This document shows positions 1-11,159 of a DNA stretch of 64,000 nucleotides, piece by piece. The notes under the pieces were generated by a model. The model was not told the origin of the DNA, ran no database searches, and saw only the letters and a program-made list of their open reading frames with translations. Each line of letters opens with the position of its first letter. Position 1 is the first letter of the stretch. This DNA is from an uncultured Lentisphaeraceae bacterium (GTDB taxonomy: Bacteria; Verrucomicrobiota; Kiritimatiellia; RFP12; DVOR01). The DNA is taken from NCBI GenBank assembly GCA_949282555.1, contig CASDPK010000011.1, forward strand, positions 2,896 through 66,895, given 5' to 3'. Made by a program: the position numbers and the translations under genes.

Positions 1-35
1 ACTGACACACGAACTTTACGGGAGAGATACTGTAA

Positions 36-425
36 ATGAGAAGTTATAGACAACAGATGAAGAACAGGCTAAAGGGCCTCCTTATGAGGCGGGAAGCCAT
101 TCGTTTGGCTGGCCAATGTGAAGCATTGGACAAGAATGGAGATTATGCAGAGACAGCCAAACGCCTTCATTGGCTATGGAAAAGATATAAATATTATGCT
201 GCAGCAAGTATACTTGGATATTACTATTATGAAGGGCTTGGCGTGCAACGTAATACTCGGAAAGGTTTTCATTTCTCCAAGTTGGCGATGAGAGATCATG
301 AAGATGCCATTTTAATCCATAACGTTGCAGTCTCATACCTCGATGGAGACGGTGTCGCGCAAAATCTAAAGCGTGGATGGCGTTTGCAAAATCGAGCCAT
401 TCGATTGGGATATGAAGTTAAATAA
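36..425 (+). CDS. Sel1-like repeat protein (129 aa)
   Basis: Repeated GxGVxQN / YYYEGLGV motifs typical of Sel1/TPR-like repeats. Lies in the low-GC island. Confidence 0.55.
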   Translation: MRSYRQQMKNRLKGLLMRREAIRLAGQCEALDKNGDYAETAKRLHWLWKRYKYYAAASILGYYYYEGLGVQRNTRKGFHFSKLAMRDHEDAILIHNVAVSYLDGDGVAQNLKRGWRLQNRAIRLGYEVK

Positions 426-723
426 CGTTGTGTCCATTCGCCCTATCTTCTTGGGCAACACTAACACGTTCTAGCGCCACTGGATTCCTTGCCACCAGTC
501 GTGTGATTTCTCGCTGGACAATGCCCGTGTTGCGGGATATACTGTGGTTGCGTTTTGGTTCTGTCCTGATGCGCGGAGGCGCAGTCTGTCAACGAGGTGT
601 CATCATGAAGTTAGGCCTTCGGTCAGAGCCTGTCCGTCTTCTCCTCTTAGGCAAGGGAGCATTGCATTGTGGGCAAATGGGTCTCTAGCATCCTTATCGT
701 GGGATGTCCTTCATTGTATGGGA

Positions 724-1626
724 GCGTGCGATAGAAAGGCATATATGGTTCACGTTTACCCTTTTTTAAGCCAATCCAAAGGCCTCGTTTTGTGTCGAAT
801 AGGACGTGAAACGATGGGGACTTATGGATGGGATCTTGAAAGTGACACATTTCAAGTGGGACAGTGGATACGCGCAAAGATTTACCAGTGTCGGTGCGAT
901 TTGTCACATGATGGAAACTATTTCATCTATTTTGCGTATCAACCACGATGGGACAATCTTGCCGGTTCATACGGACATTCTCAAACGAAGCGTCCTCCGG
1001 AGAGTTGGACGGCCATTTCACGTGCGCCTTATCTCACGGCGGTCGATTTTATCCCTTGGGAAAATGGGGGCACATGGAACGGCGGCGGTGTGTTCTTGGA
1101 CGACACGCACGTTTATGTCAACCTAATGCCCGATTCGTGGGGGACGCTTGACGGGCGAATTTCCCCACCAGGCTATCACTACGTTTCCAAGCCCAAACCT
1201 AGTGAATATTATGGTGGTGAAGATTTGACACCTCTTTTGATGCGGTTGCGGTGTCATGGATGGGAACTTGATCCAAATCCAGACGTAGGCTATCTTCTGA
1301 CCAAAAGGATAACCGACACATTGGTACTTCAAAAAGAGTGCCTTGACCGTGAGCGGGAAACAAACAACGTGTGTTCTTTAGAGGGGGACACGTTGCTTCA
1401 AGTCAATGGATGGTGTGATTATGATGCCCCACGTGGCCGCCTTGTTATGGAAGAAAGGTGTGTTCTGTATGCGTGGGCGCTTGAGGACATTGAGCGTGGG
1501 CGTGACTATCTTTCATCGCGCAGGAAGTTATTCTCATTCCAAACGGTCAAACCCGTGTTTTCTCCCGCGCCCTATGCGTCTTTGTGGAAACGTCCTTGCC
1601 CTCACGGTGCCCCCTCAACGCGCTAA
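724..1626 (+). CDS. hypothetical protein (W/Y/G-rich, no recognisable domain)
   Basis: Long ORF in the low-GC island. Start chosen at an internal ATG (MGACDRKAYMVHVY); the upstream part of the 544..1626 ORF overlaps another frame. No motif recognised. Confidence 0.4.
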   Translation, partial: ACDRKAYMVHVYPFLSQSKGLVLCRIGRETMGTYGWDLESDTFQVGQWIRAKIYQCRCDLSHDGNYFIYFAYQPRWDNLAGSYGHSQTKRPPESWTAISRAPYLTAVDFIPWENGGTWNGGGVFLDDTHVYVNLMPDSWGTLDGRISPPGYHYVSKPKPSEYYGGEDLTPLLMRLRCHGWELDPNPDVGYLLTKRITDTLVLQKECLDRERETNNVCSLEGDTLLQVNGWCDYDAPRGRLVMEERCVLYAWALEDIERGRDYLSSRRKLFSFQTVKPVFSPAPYASLWKRPCPHGAPSTR

Positions 1627-1637
1627 TGGAGAAGATT

Positions 1638-2240
1638 ATGAAGGTCGTTTTATTTGGGATGACGGTTCTTGCGATGTTTCATGTCGCGTTTGGAGAATCC
1701 AACCGCGACGTGGAGAGCGTGCATGGTGCTACCACGATTGAGGGATCTGCGGAGGTTGGCATTTCCTCTCCAATCTATGGAGATTCGAGTGAACACTGGG
1801 GATGTTGCGGAGAGTCTTTGGCGGTGTTGCACGGGATTCGCTTCCGGGAATTGGTGAAGTCCGGTTCGCGTTCGCGTCAAAAATTCACGGCGGAGTCGGC
1901 AACCATCGTTGATGCGTGGTTGTCGATGGGATCGATGCAACCAAAATCGTCTTGGACCCCTTTGCAACACCGTTTCTATGAAGTCTTTGACAATGATTCA
2001 TTTTGGGAAAAGATAAATGACCTTCAGCTTAGGCAAGGAGAGATCGAAAGTGAACTTATGAATAATTTGCGCAAACAGTGGGAGGTCATTTATGGATATG
2101 TCGTCTCCAAAGGCGTGCTATCGCAAGAAGAGTGGGATGTTGTGTCAGAGAAACTGAAAGCGGCAACAACGCCTGAAGAGCGCAATGCCGTCCTTTGGCA
2201 CTATCTTAAGGACAAGCACCCCCAACGAGAGCGCCGCTAA
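1638..2240 (+). CDS. hypothetical secreted protein
   Basis: N-terminal signal-peptide-like MKVVLFGMTVLAMFHVAFG. Low-GC island. No domain recognised. Confidence 0.45.
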   Translation: MKVVLFGMTVLAMFHVAFGESNRDVESVHGATTIEGSAEVGISSPIYGDSSEHWGCCGESLAVLHGIRFRELVKSGSRSRQKFTAESATIVDAWLSMGSMQPKSSWTPLQHRFYEVFDNDSFWEKINDLQLRQGEIESELMNNLRKQWEVIYGYVVSKGVLSQEEWDVVSEKLKAATTPEERNAVLWHYLKDKHPQRERR

Positions 2241-2324
2241 GCATGTCCAAGGTCGCTCATGATTGGCGGGACGGTGTGATATACTCCCCTCGTCGAAGCG
2301 GGTCATGGAGCGGATAGCTATGAC

Positions 2325-2687
2325 GTGCGCTTTGCGGTGTATGACAACATTGGAGAGGCAATGCTACGCATGGTCTGGTCGGTTTTGGGTTACGCGCTGT
2401 TGCACTTTCTTGTGCTGGTGGGTTCTCTTATGGTCTGTTACGGTTCCTCCATGGCGGCCTTTGATGGGTACGCCGAGGCCTTTGACCGTTTCGTGATGGG
2501 CGTGCATTTGGATGTGTTGCCCTCCATTTTGGGGCAACCGGCGTTTTTTGTTGCGGAATCTTTTGGGGTGAGAGGTGGATCGTTTGGGGAGTGGGGGCTT
2601 TTTGTTTTGAACAGTCTGTTATGGGGGGCGATGATTGCGTTTATTCGGCGCATGTTCAGAAAGTTCACGAAACGACACGATGTGTAG
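2325..2687 (+). CDS. hypothetical small membrane protein
   Basis: Two to three hydrophobic helices (LGYALLHFLVLVGSLMVCY, LFVLNSLLWGAMIAFI). Low-GC island. Confidence 0.35.
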   Translation: MRFAVYDNIGEAMLRMVWSVLGYALLHFLVLVGSLMVCYGSSMAAFDGYAEAFDRFVMGVHLDVLPSILGQPAFFVAESFGVRGGSFGEWGLFVLNSLLWGAMIAFIRRMFRKFTKRHDV

Positions 2688-2803
2688 TCTATGACTATCG
2701 CCCTAAAGACGAAAAGGGCAGAACCAAACGAGGGGACGGCCTTACCCCGCCGAACGTTCAGGCTCCTCGGAATGGTGAAGGAAAATGATTGGCTCAACGG
2801 GCC

Positions 2804-3808
2804 TTATGATTTCCCTTCATGCGTAGAACGTTGTTTGGGGTTCAACTCTTCGTACGCATCTTCCCAAAAGCACATATCCATGGGTTTCATGGGTGGATAA
2901 TCAATGCCATGTGCATTACCCAATTCCCGACGTAACGGCTCAAACACGTCAAAATGATCACAATAGAACTTGGCGATTCTCCGGACAGAATCTGAATCTG
3001 AATCGTATTTGCCATTCGATACATGGTGCTTTTTGATGGAGTGCACAAAGTAACGGTCATAAGCTGGCACGCAACCGAATGTGCCAAGCAGAATCTTCGT
3101 TATGAGCGTATCTGTCACATTGTGTTTATAGCAGACTTTGATTTGTTTACTGACTTCTTCCAATAGGGAAAGAGTTTTGTCTTGGCAAAGGTCTTGGGCG
3201 GAAATGCCGAAGAGCACGCTATATTCCTCTTCTAGAATTATATTCACAACAGGAATATGCACCTTGTAATCCTTTTGCAACAGGAAGGAAGACCCTCGGT
3301 ACATCCCCCAACTGGCTAGATAGAACGCGAGATGAAGCGCCAGATGGTCGATCGCTTGCTCATCGGCGTTGTTTCTTTTTTCTGAAAAGGCTTTATAGCA
3401 GTGTTCCCAAGACAGATATCTGTGGTGGTTGTCTTTTCGGGTTTTGCCGTAATACCTATTTATGAGGCCTTTGGCTCGTTTCGCTGTCATTGTGATGGTC
3501 TGCTGTTTCGCTTTAGGGGACGACACTTTCGTGGCCACTGAGTCTGAACGGCGGGTCTTTTTGTTTTCTTTTCGCTTAGAAGAAGGCACTTCACAAAGAG
3601 AATATCGTGCAGGGCGTGCCCCTGAGCGGCTGATTCGATTGCTACCCACAAGGGATTTGAGTGTGGAGTAGATGTAGGGCGCGTGGCGTTTGTCGCCATA
3701 AATGGCTTCTGCCAATTCGCTTTGCGTCATTTCCTCTTTATCTCGGAGCCACGACACTATTTTCTCTTTTAGGTTCATGCTGCTGCTCTTTTTTGTAATG
3801 AATCCCAT
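2804..3808 (-). CDS. winged-HTH protein with C-terminal domain of unknown function (~334 aa)
   Basis: Start placed at MGFITKK. The upstream 155 aa of the 489-aa ORF are a Pro/Ser-rich antisense read-through into the high-GC thioesterase gene. N-terminal segment EKIVSWLRDKEEMTQSELAEAIYG...RISRSGARPARYSL looks like a winged helix. A basic linker follows, then a ~220-aa domain I could not assign (LITKILLGTFGCVPAYDRYF). Confidence 0.5.
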   Translation of the reverse strand: MGFITKKSSSMNLKEKIVSWLRDKEEMTQSELAEAIYGDKRHAPYIYSTLKSLVGSNRISRSGARPARYSLCEVPSSKRKENKKTRRSDSVATKVSSPKAKQQTITMTAKRAKGLINRYYGKTRKDNHHRYLSWEHCYKAFSEKRNNADEQAIDHLALHLAFYLASWGMYRGSSFLLQKDYKVHIPVVNIILEEEYSVLFGISAQDLCQDKTLSLLEEVSKQIKVCYKHNVTDTLITKILLGTFGCVPAYDRYFVHSIKKHHVSNGKYDSDSDSVRRIAKFYCDHFDVFEPLRRELGNAHGIDYPPMKPMDMCFWEDAYEELNPKQRSTHEGKS

Positions 3809-3818
3809 TTCGCTCCTT

Positions 3819-4574
3819 TCATGAAAGGGACTGCGGGGATGGTGGTGCGTAGGTGGCGGTGGCGCGGGCGAGGAGGAGCCCGTCGGGTTCGCGCGTGACG
3901 GTGTGGGCGTAGCGGTTGGGGGCGAGGCCGTAGGTGCGGACACGGACGGTGTCGCCGAGGCGGGCGGCCTGTTTGTACTCGATGTCGAAGGCAACGGGGG
4001 CTGACCCAAAGAAGCGCGCTTCCGGCAAGGTCTCGAACATCCAGCGGGTGTAGTGTCCGTTGTTGACGTGGAGATTGGCATCGATCTCGGCGCGGCGGAC
4101 GGGGAAGATGGCTTCGCCCAAGAGTGGGGCATCGGAAGGAATCGGGTGGGGGCGTTCGGCGCACAGGCCGAGGTTGAGGGTCCCGGGGCGGGCGAGGGCA
4201 TGGACGGCTTCGGGGAGACGGGCCAATTTCTGAGCCGCAAAGTCCACGCAAAGCCACTCGCTGGAGGCTTCAAGGAGGGAATCGCCCGTGGGGCCCGTCA
4301 TTCGGAATTGGCGTTCGGCGATGAGGCGTCCGCGGACGCCGCTGGGCCAAGTGTCCACGCAGACCTCGTCTTTCCACGCTGGGAGGGCATGAAGACGGAG
4401 GGCGAGGCGTCCGAGCATCCATGTGAGGCCGGCGTCGCGGAGGGTTTGGAGGCCAACGCCGAGGGCGTCGGCGTGGAGTCCCGCGGCCTCTTGGAGGAGG
4501 TCGGTGAGGGCGGGCAGGGAGGCCTTGAGACCGGTGAGGCATTGCGCGGCCGTGATGGGAAAGCGGTAGATCAT
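3819..4574 (-). CDS. acyl-ACP thioesterase
   Basis: Translation from MIYRFPITAAQ... matches the acyl-ACP thioesterase (FatA/FatB-like hot-dog) family in length and residue pattern. Coding GC rises sharply here. Confidence 0.6.
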   Translation of the reverse strand: MIYRFPITAAQCLTGLKASLPALTDLLQEAAGLHADALGVGLQTLRDAGLTWMLGRLALRLHALPAWKDEVCVDTWPSGVRGRLIAERQFRMTGPTGDSLLEASSEWLCVDFAAQKLARLPEAVHALARPGTLNLGLCAERPHPIPSDAPLLGEAIFPVRRAEIDANLHVNNGHYTRWMFETLPEARFFGSAPVAFDIEYKQAARLGDTVRVRTYGLAPNRYAHTVTREPDGLLLARATATYAPPSPQSLS

Positions 4575-4609
4575 GATGGGCTCCGAAGCGGTGCGGCCGT
4601 TGTCTGGGA

Positions 4610-6478
4610 TTAGGGCACAAAGGCCGCATAGAACCAAAAGGTTTTGGCGAAGCGATTGCGGAAGGCGGGGTCGGAGGGGGCGGATCGATTTTGGGAGAGC
4701 CGTTGGAAGTCGGCGAACGCTTGCGGCATTCCGGGGGAGAAAAGATCGGCGGTGAGGCGGGGCTGTTCGGCCGGCGGCAGGGTGGAGGCGGCGGCGAGCA
4801 ACCCCTGCTGGAAGGCCCGCGGAAGGGGCCGCTGGGTCCAAACGCGGAGAATGACGTCGTAGTTCTCAATCAGGGGCGTAAGGTCTTTTCGCAGGAGGGA
4901 GGCGCAGAGGTAGAGGGCGACCATGTCGCGGTCGCCGTTTTTCAACACGGCGTAGCGGTTGTAGATGCCGGGTTCCAGCCGCTTGTCGCCTTCGAAGATG
5001 GGGCTCCCGGAATCAAGGCAAAGGCGGCGGTGGAGGTTGGCCACGCGCAGGAGCTCGCCATCGGGCCGACCTTCTCCCCGGGAGAGGGCCAAGAGGGTGT
5101 CGCCTTCGGAGCGTCGCAGAGGGATGCGCCGCAGTTGGAGGGCGTAGCGGCGGGCAAGGGCGGATTCCCCGCAGACCAGCGCCGTTCGGGCCAGCAACGC
5201 GAGCTTTGGGGCTGACCATCCCTTATTGACGACGCTTTCGTAACACCAGCGCCGGGCGAGTTGGACGATGCCGTAGTGGTAGAGCAGGGTGTAGCCATCC
5301 AACTCCATGGTATCGATGGTGGTGGCGTTGTGGGAGACCTTCCAAGGGAGATCGAAGAGGTGGTCTTCCAATTGTCCGGTGCGCCAAAGTGCATGGATGC
5401 GGTAGGCCGCGAGCATCCGGTGGTTCACCACACGTTCGTCGGGGACGGCAAGGATGCGCGCCATGTCGCCCCGCTCCAGCGCCCGTTCGCAGGCGAGCAC
5501 GTCCATAAGCGGATGAATCGGATCCATCGCGCAGAAAATCGCGATCCCAAAAAAGACCGTGGGGGCGGCGCCGCGCAAGAGAGACGCGACGGGGCACGGA
5601 AGTTTTGGGCGGCACGGGAACTTGGGCAGACGGATTCGGCTTTGCCACGGGGCAAGCGTCAACGCAAGGAAAAGGAGGAGGGTGGCGGTGTCCCAAAAGA
5701 AGGCACCCTTCTCCACGAGAATGGGGACGTTGGCGATGAGCAGCGTGTCCCACGCGGGATCAGCGAGGTTGCCCCATTGCCATAGGCAAGGCAAGAGGGC
5801 GGAAATCGCCAAGAGCAGCACCCGCGTCCGTCGTGTTTGATTGGGCAGGGTTGCCGCGACCACACCTCCCATCAGGGTCGGAGTTCCGCAAAGTGGGTAA
5901 AGCACCGGGAGCAGAAACGCCGCCCAGCCTCCGAAACGTGTCACGCTTCCCGATAGCGACAGGAGAACCGCCCATGCCAGCAGATAGAGCATTGGGAAGG
6001 ATGCATCGGCGAAGAGCCACACGCTGAATCCGCAGTAGGCCACTTGCCAAACCACGACGGCAAAGGGTAGGGGAGCCGCCCAAAGGGGCAGACGCGCCCA
6101 ACGGCGGCCCAGTGCGGTGACGCCAAGCCCGAGGAGCAGAAACAGCGTCAGTCCCAGCGCAGGCAGCGCCCAAAATGCGGAAAGGAGTCCTGCCAACCAG
6201 TGCAAGGCGCCCCCCGGGAGTGGGCTCAGCGCGGCTTCGCAGAACCCCGCCCAATCGGCGAATGCACAGGTTCGCACGCCGAGTTTATGGAGCAACGGCC
6301 ATTCCGCCGCCGCCACGGCACAGACCGAAAGCAGGCACGCAAGGAACGCGGGGTGCCGCACACGCACGCGCCGCCACACGGAGGCACGCTCGGGCGCCGG
6401 CGTGGGCGCTTTGGCGGGGCGTCCATCCGGGGCAGGCTGCGAAGGCCGAACACGCTTTCCCATGGTCACACCCCACAT
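4610..6478 (-). CDS. polytopic membrane protein with C-terminal soluble domain (DUF-type, unassigned)
   Basis: About 10 hydrophobic segments in the N-terminal half, followed by a ~300-aa soluble region. No catalytic motif recognised. Confidence 0.45.
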   Translation of the reverse strand: MWGVTMGKRVRPSQPAPDGRPAKAPTPAPERASVWRRVRVRHPAFLACLLSVCAVAAAEWPLLHKLGVRTCAFADWAGFCEAALSPLPGGALHWLAGLLSAFWALPALGLTLFLLLGLGVTALGRRWARLPLWAAPLPFAVVVWQVAYCGFSVWLFADASFPMLYLLAWAVLLSLSGSVTRFGGWAAFLLPVLYPLCGTPTLMGGVVAATLPNQTRRTRVLLLAISALLPCLWQWGNLADPAWDTLLIANVPILVEKGAFFWDTATLLLFLALTLAPWQSRIRLPKFPCRPKLPCPVASLLRGAAPTVFFGIAIFCAMDPIHPLMDVLACERALERGDMARILAVPDERVVNHRMLAAYRIHALWRTGQLEDHLFDLPWKVSHNATTIDTMELDGYTLLYHYGIVQLARRWCYESVVNKGWSAPKLALLARTALVCGESALARRYALQLRRIPLRRSEGDTLLALSRGEGRPDGELLRVANLHRRLCLDSGSPIFEGDKRLEPGIYNRYAVLKNGDRDMVALYLCASLLRKDLTPLIENYDVILRVWTQRPLPRAFQQGLLAAASTLPPAEQPRLTADLFSPGMPQAFADFQRLSQNRSAPSDPAFRNRFAKTFWFYAAFVP

Positions 6479-7080
6479 TCATGGAGCGCCCGTTGCGCCT
6501 CCGCCACGGAGACAAAGCGATGGGCGTGCCAACCGCAAGCGCGGGCGGCATCCACATTGGCTTGCGTGTCATCGAGGAACAGAAGCGCCTCCGGCGGAAG
6601 GCCGATTCGCCGAACCATGAGGTCATAGATCGCCGGATTCGGCTTGACGATGTGTTCGGCGCCGGAGACCACCTCCGCGTCGGCCAATGCACGGAAGCCC
6701 GCCGCACAGCGATCGAACCACGGCAGAAAGGCCGTGGGCATGTTCGTGAGAATGCCGATGCGAAACCCCCGGCGCTTGAGCTCCTGCGCCCATGCGAAGG
6801 TTTCGGGATTGGGTCGCGCCCACGCATCGAAATCCAGCTTCGCCAAGGTGTTCAGCGTCTCTTCCGTCAGCTGGGTTCCGAAGTCTTCGGCCATGCGGCG
6901 ATAGAGCGCCTGCGCCGAAAGGGTGTCTGCGTCCATGCCCGAACGGTGCCGCCGCCAACCCTCCAGTGTCCGTTCCGGAAGCCAGCCGGTCAGCGCTTGC
7001 ACGCGAGGCAGGAAGGTGGGGTCCATCGGCAGCGAAATCACACCGCCAAAATCAAAGACAATGCCGCGAATCGCTTTCAT
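6466..7080 (-). CDS. HAD-superfamily hydrolase, subfamily IA
   Basis: N-terminal DxG motif (GIVFDFGGV), motif II LTN and a C-terminal FLDD... signature. Confidence 0.7.
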   Translation of the reverse strand: MKAIRGIVFDFGGVISLPMDPTFLPRVQALTGWLPERTLEGWRRHRSGMDADTLSAQALYRRMAEDFGTQLTEETLNTLAKLDFDAWARPNPETFAWAQELKRRGFRIGILTNMPTAFLPWFDRCAAGFRALADAEVVSGAEHIVKPNPAIYDLMVRRIGLPPEALLFLDDTQANVDAARACGWHAHRFVSVAEAQRALHECGV

Positions 7081-7188
7081 GTTCGCTAGTTTAGCACAAT
7101 GGCCCTCGGGGGATGATGCGTCCGTGGAAAACCCTTGACCATGCCTTGCCGTTATGCTATCTTACGCCGCGTTTTTGCGCCTACGTAG

Positions 7189-7264
<76 letters not shown>

Positions 7265-7288
7265 GCAAAACAAAGTACTTGACCCGTT

Positions 7289-7318
7289 CCCTCTGGGTGT
7301 GGTATAGTTGCGGGACTT
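7289..7318 (+). promoter_or_regulatory. sigma70-like promoter between the two tRNA-Thr copies
   Basis: TTGACC, 18 nt spacer, TATAGT. Confidence 0.45.
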
Positions 7319-7388
7319 TCTTCCTTCGGTGTGCCCACACGGCACGTTGGAGGGAGAGACGCAAGGGCACCCGAGAGGGTGCGTTTGT

Positions 7389-7464
<76 letters not shown>

Positions 7465-7507
7465 TAACACAGGCAACCCAACCCTTCTGTTCACAGGAGA
7501 CAGAGAA

Positions 7508-8713
<1,206 letters not shown>

Positions 8714-8735
8714 GCTCTCCTCCTGTGAACAGCTA

Positions 8736-8775
8736 GGCTCTGGGGCGGCAAGCCCCGCCCCAGAGCCGCTTTTCC
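8736..8775 (+). terminator. rho-independent terminator after tuf
   Basis: 13-bp GC stem ggctctggggcgg/ccgccccagagcc followed by gctttt. Confidence 0.6.
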
Positions 8776-8794
8776 GAGAAGAAAGGGATTTCCC

Positions 8795-8947
8795 ATGCCC
8801 CGTGAACTCGCGATTTTGGCTTGCACCGAGTGCAAGCGCCGCAACTATACGACGACCCGCAACAAGAAGACGCAGACCGAGCGCGTTGAGCTCATGAAGT
8901 TCTGCCCCTTCGAGAAGAAGCGCACGCTTCACCGCGAGACGAAGTAA
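8795..8947 (+). CDS. rpmG: 50S ribosomal protein L33
   Basis: 50-aa protein [25 protein letters not shown]... with the expected Cys pairs, in the canonical position between tuf and secE. Confidence 0.85.
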   Translation: MPRELAILACTECKRRNYTTTRNKKTQTERVELMKFCPFEKKRTLHRETK

Positions 8948-8964
8948 GCTCCAGCGGCAACCCA

Positions 8965-9038
8965 TTTGCCATAGGGTGGTAGTTCAATGGCAGAGCAGCA
9001 GTCTCCAAAACTGCCTATGGGGGTTCGAATCCCTCCCA
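8965..9038 (+). tRNA. tRNA-Trp (anticodon CCA)
   Basis: 74-nt cloverleaf with acceptor agggtgg/ccaccct, anticodon loop ctCCAaa and 3' CCA. Confidence 0.85.
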
Positions 9039-9057
9039 CCCTGCCATAAAGACCGGA

Positions 9058-9264
9058 GTGCCAAGCGCCATGTTTCAGAAGATTAGACAGTTTCTCGGCG
9101 ACGTCGCATTGGAGGGCAGGCGTATCAGTTGGCCCAACCGTCGCGATTTGGTCGATTCCTCTCTCGTGGTGATTGTCTTCATCGTTTTGCTGGCCATCGT
9201 GATCATGGCCTGCGACGAAGTCATCCGGACGCTTCTCCGCTTGGTGCTGGGCGGGGAGGCCTGA
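9058..9264 (+). CDS. secE: preprotein translocase subunit SecE
   Basis: Small protein with a single C-terminal TM helix (LVVIVFIVLLAIVIMA), in the conserved position before nusG. The start may be the ATG at 9070 rather than the GTG at 9058. Confidence 0.8.
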   Translation: MPSAMFQKIRQFLGDVALEGRRISWPNRRDLVDSSLVVIVFIVLLAIVIMACDEVIRTLLRLVLGGEA

Positions 9265-9297
9265 ATTCTTTGAGCCCCTTTTTCAAGGACGCGCGCA

Positions 9298-9933
9298 ATG
9301 GCGGAAATGCAGAAGCAGTGGTATGTGATCCAGGCCCTCACCGGTCAGGAGCAGAAGGCGCAGCGTCAGATTGTCGCACAGGCCCGTTCGGCGGGGTTGT
9401 GCGAATATTTCGATATTCCCGTTGAGCCCAAGAAGGGCGAAGTCCTCAACGACTTCAACGTGGTGGTGCCTACGGAGCGGGTGGCGGAATTCAAAGAGGG
9501 CAAAAAGCGCATCGTCACGCGTAAGCTGTGCCCCGGGTATGTGGTTGTCCGCATGGCCCTCTACGAAGACGAAGCGCATCGCCAGATCCGTCAGGAGCTG
9601 TGGCAGTTCATCCAGAACATCCCCGGCGTCATCGGATTCCTTGGCGGAACGAGCACCAAGCCCCGGCCCATCACGCAGGAAGAGGCCGACAATCTCCTGC
9701 ACCGTGTGGCTGCCGATGAGGCCAAGAAGCCGAAACTCAAAGTCGTTTTCCAAGTCGGAGAAACCGTTCGTGTCAATGAAGGGCCGTTCATGAACTTCAA
9801 TGGCACGATCGAGCAAATCGATCCTGACAGCGGGCGCCTGCAAATTTCCGTTTCGATTTTCGGACGCAGTGCCCCTGTCACGCTGGAATATTGGCAGGTG
9901 GAGCGGGTGACCGACCACCCCGAGGGCGTCTGA
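9298..9933 (+). CDS. nusG: transcription termination/antitermination factor NusG
   Basis: NGN domain (WYVIQALTGQEQKA) with a mid-domain insertion, and a C-terminal KOW (FQVGETVRVNEGPFMNFNG). Confidence 0.9.
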   Translation: MAEMQKQWYVIQALTGQEQKAQRQIVAQARSAGLCEYFDIPVEPKKGEVLNDFNVVVPTERVAEFKEGKKRIVTRKLCPGYVVVRMALYEDEAHRQIRQELWQFIQNIPGVIGFLGGTSTKPRPITQEEADNLLHRVAADEAKKPKLKVVFQVGETVRVNEGPFMNFNGTIEQIDPDSGRLQISVSIFGRSAPVTLEYWQVERVTDHPEGV

Positions 9934-10028
9934 CGCCCTCTGTCTTTTTCGGCGTATCGTTGACGGCCGTGCGTTTGCACCGGGAAAGGATCCCCGGGAG
10001 CGTGGCATAAGACAAAAGGACCATACCA

Positions 10029-10454
10029 ATGGCTAAGAAAGTCACCGGGATGATCAAGCTCCAGATTCCCGCCGGAGCCGCGAATCCCGCGCCGCCCGTC
10101 GGCCCCGCGTTGGGCTCCCAGGGCGTGAACATCATGGCGTTCTGCAAGGAATTCAACGCCAAGACCCAGGACAAGGGCGGCATGATCATCCCCGTGGTCA
10201 TCACCGTTTATGCCGACCGCTCCTTCACCTTCGTTCTCAAGAGCCCGCCGGCTTCGGCCCTCATCAAGAAATACGCCAACCTTCCCAAGGGGTCGGGCAA
10301 GCCCAACACCGAGAAGGCCGGCAAGATCACCCGTGCGCAGATCGCCGAGATCGTGAAGATCAAGGCCGCTGATCTGAACGCCACGGATCCCGAGGCCGCC
10401 GCCCGCATGATCGAGGGCACCGCGCGCCAGATGGGCGTGGACGTCGTTGACTGA
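10029..10454 (+). CDS. rplK: 50S ribosomal protein L11
   Basis: [29 protein letters not shown]... canonical L11. Confidence 0.95.
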   Translation: MAKKVTGMIKLQIPAGAANPAPPVGPALGSQGVNIMAFCKEFNAKTQDKGGMIIPVVITVYADRSFTFVLKSPPASALIKKYANLPKGSGKPNTEKAGKITRAQIAEIVKIKAADLNATDPEAAARMIEGTARQMGVDVVD

Positions 10455-10468
10455 GGAGACTGAGCATC

Positions 10469-11152
10469 ATGGCAAAGCATAGCAAGAAGTACCAGGACGC
10501 TCTCAAGAAGGCTCCTAAGGCCGCCGTCACCCTTGAGGAGGCCGTCGCTTTCATCAAGGCCAATCCCGGCGCGAAGTTCGATGAGACGGTGGATGTGGGC
10601 ATGCGCCTTGGCGCTGATCCGACCAAGAGCGATCAGGCCGTCCGTGGCGTTGTCCATCTGCCGCACGGCACCGGTAAGCATGTCCGCGTGGTGGTGTTCG
10701 CCGCCGGCGACATGGCGGATGCCGCGAAGGCCGCCGGCGCTGACGCCGTCGGTCTCGATGACCTCATCGAGAAGGTCAAGGGTGGCTGGACGGATTTCGA
10801 CGTGGCCATCGCCACCACCGACGCGATGAAGCAGGTGCGTACCGTGGCCCGCGTGCTCGGCCCCCGTGGTCTGATGCCGAACCCCAAGACGGGCACGGTG
10901 ACGGACGACGTCGCCTCCGCCGTCAAGGCCGCTCAGGCCGGTAAGGTGGATTTCCGCATGGATCGCACGGGGAACGTCTGCGTTCCCGCTGGTAAGCTCA
11001 GCTTTGAGGCTTCCAAGCTCGTTGACAACATCCGCGCGATCATCGAGGCCGTTGAGCACGAGCGTCCTGCCGCCGCCAAGGGCGTCTTTGTCCGTAGTTG
11101 CACGATCAGCCCCACCATGGGCGTCGGCGTGCGCGTCCTTGTGAAGGAGTAA
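10469..11152 (+). CDS. rplA: 50S ribosomal protein L1
   Basis: Canonical L1 sequence (KFDETVDVGMRLG..., GLMPNPKTGTVT). Confidence 0.95.
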   Translation: MAKHSKKYQDALKKAPKAAVTLEEAVAFIKANPGAKFDETVDVGMRLGADPTKSDQAVRGVVHLPHGTGKHVRVVVFAAGDMADAAKAAGADAVGLDDLIEKVKGGWTDFDVAIATTDAMKQVRTVARVLGPRGLMPNPKTGTVTDDVASAVKAAQAGKVDFRMDRTGNVCVPAGKLSFEASKLVDNIRAIIEAVEHERPAAAKGVFVRSCTISPTMGVGVRVLVKE

Positions 11153-11159
11153 GCACACC

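Noticed and set aside
2804-4273. 489-aa minus-strand ORF spanning the low-GC island boundary
   Set aside because: The N-terminal 155 aa are a Pro/Ser/Thr-rich translation of the antisense strand of the high-GC acyl-ACP thioesterase gene. The real gene starts at the internal ATG (3808), where the composition changes.
3775-6827. Numerous overlapping Pro/Arg/Ala-rich ORFs on both strands (e.g. 3775..4257, 4270..4869, 5223..5753, 5261..5785, 6175..7089, 6285..6827)
   Set aside because: These are typical stop-codon-poor alternative frames of GC-rich coding DNA. They have no domain signatures and overlap better-supported genes.
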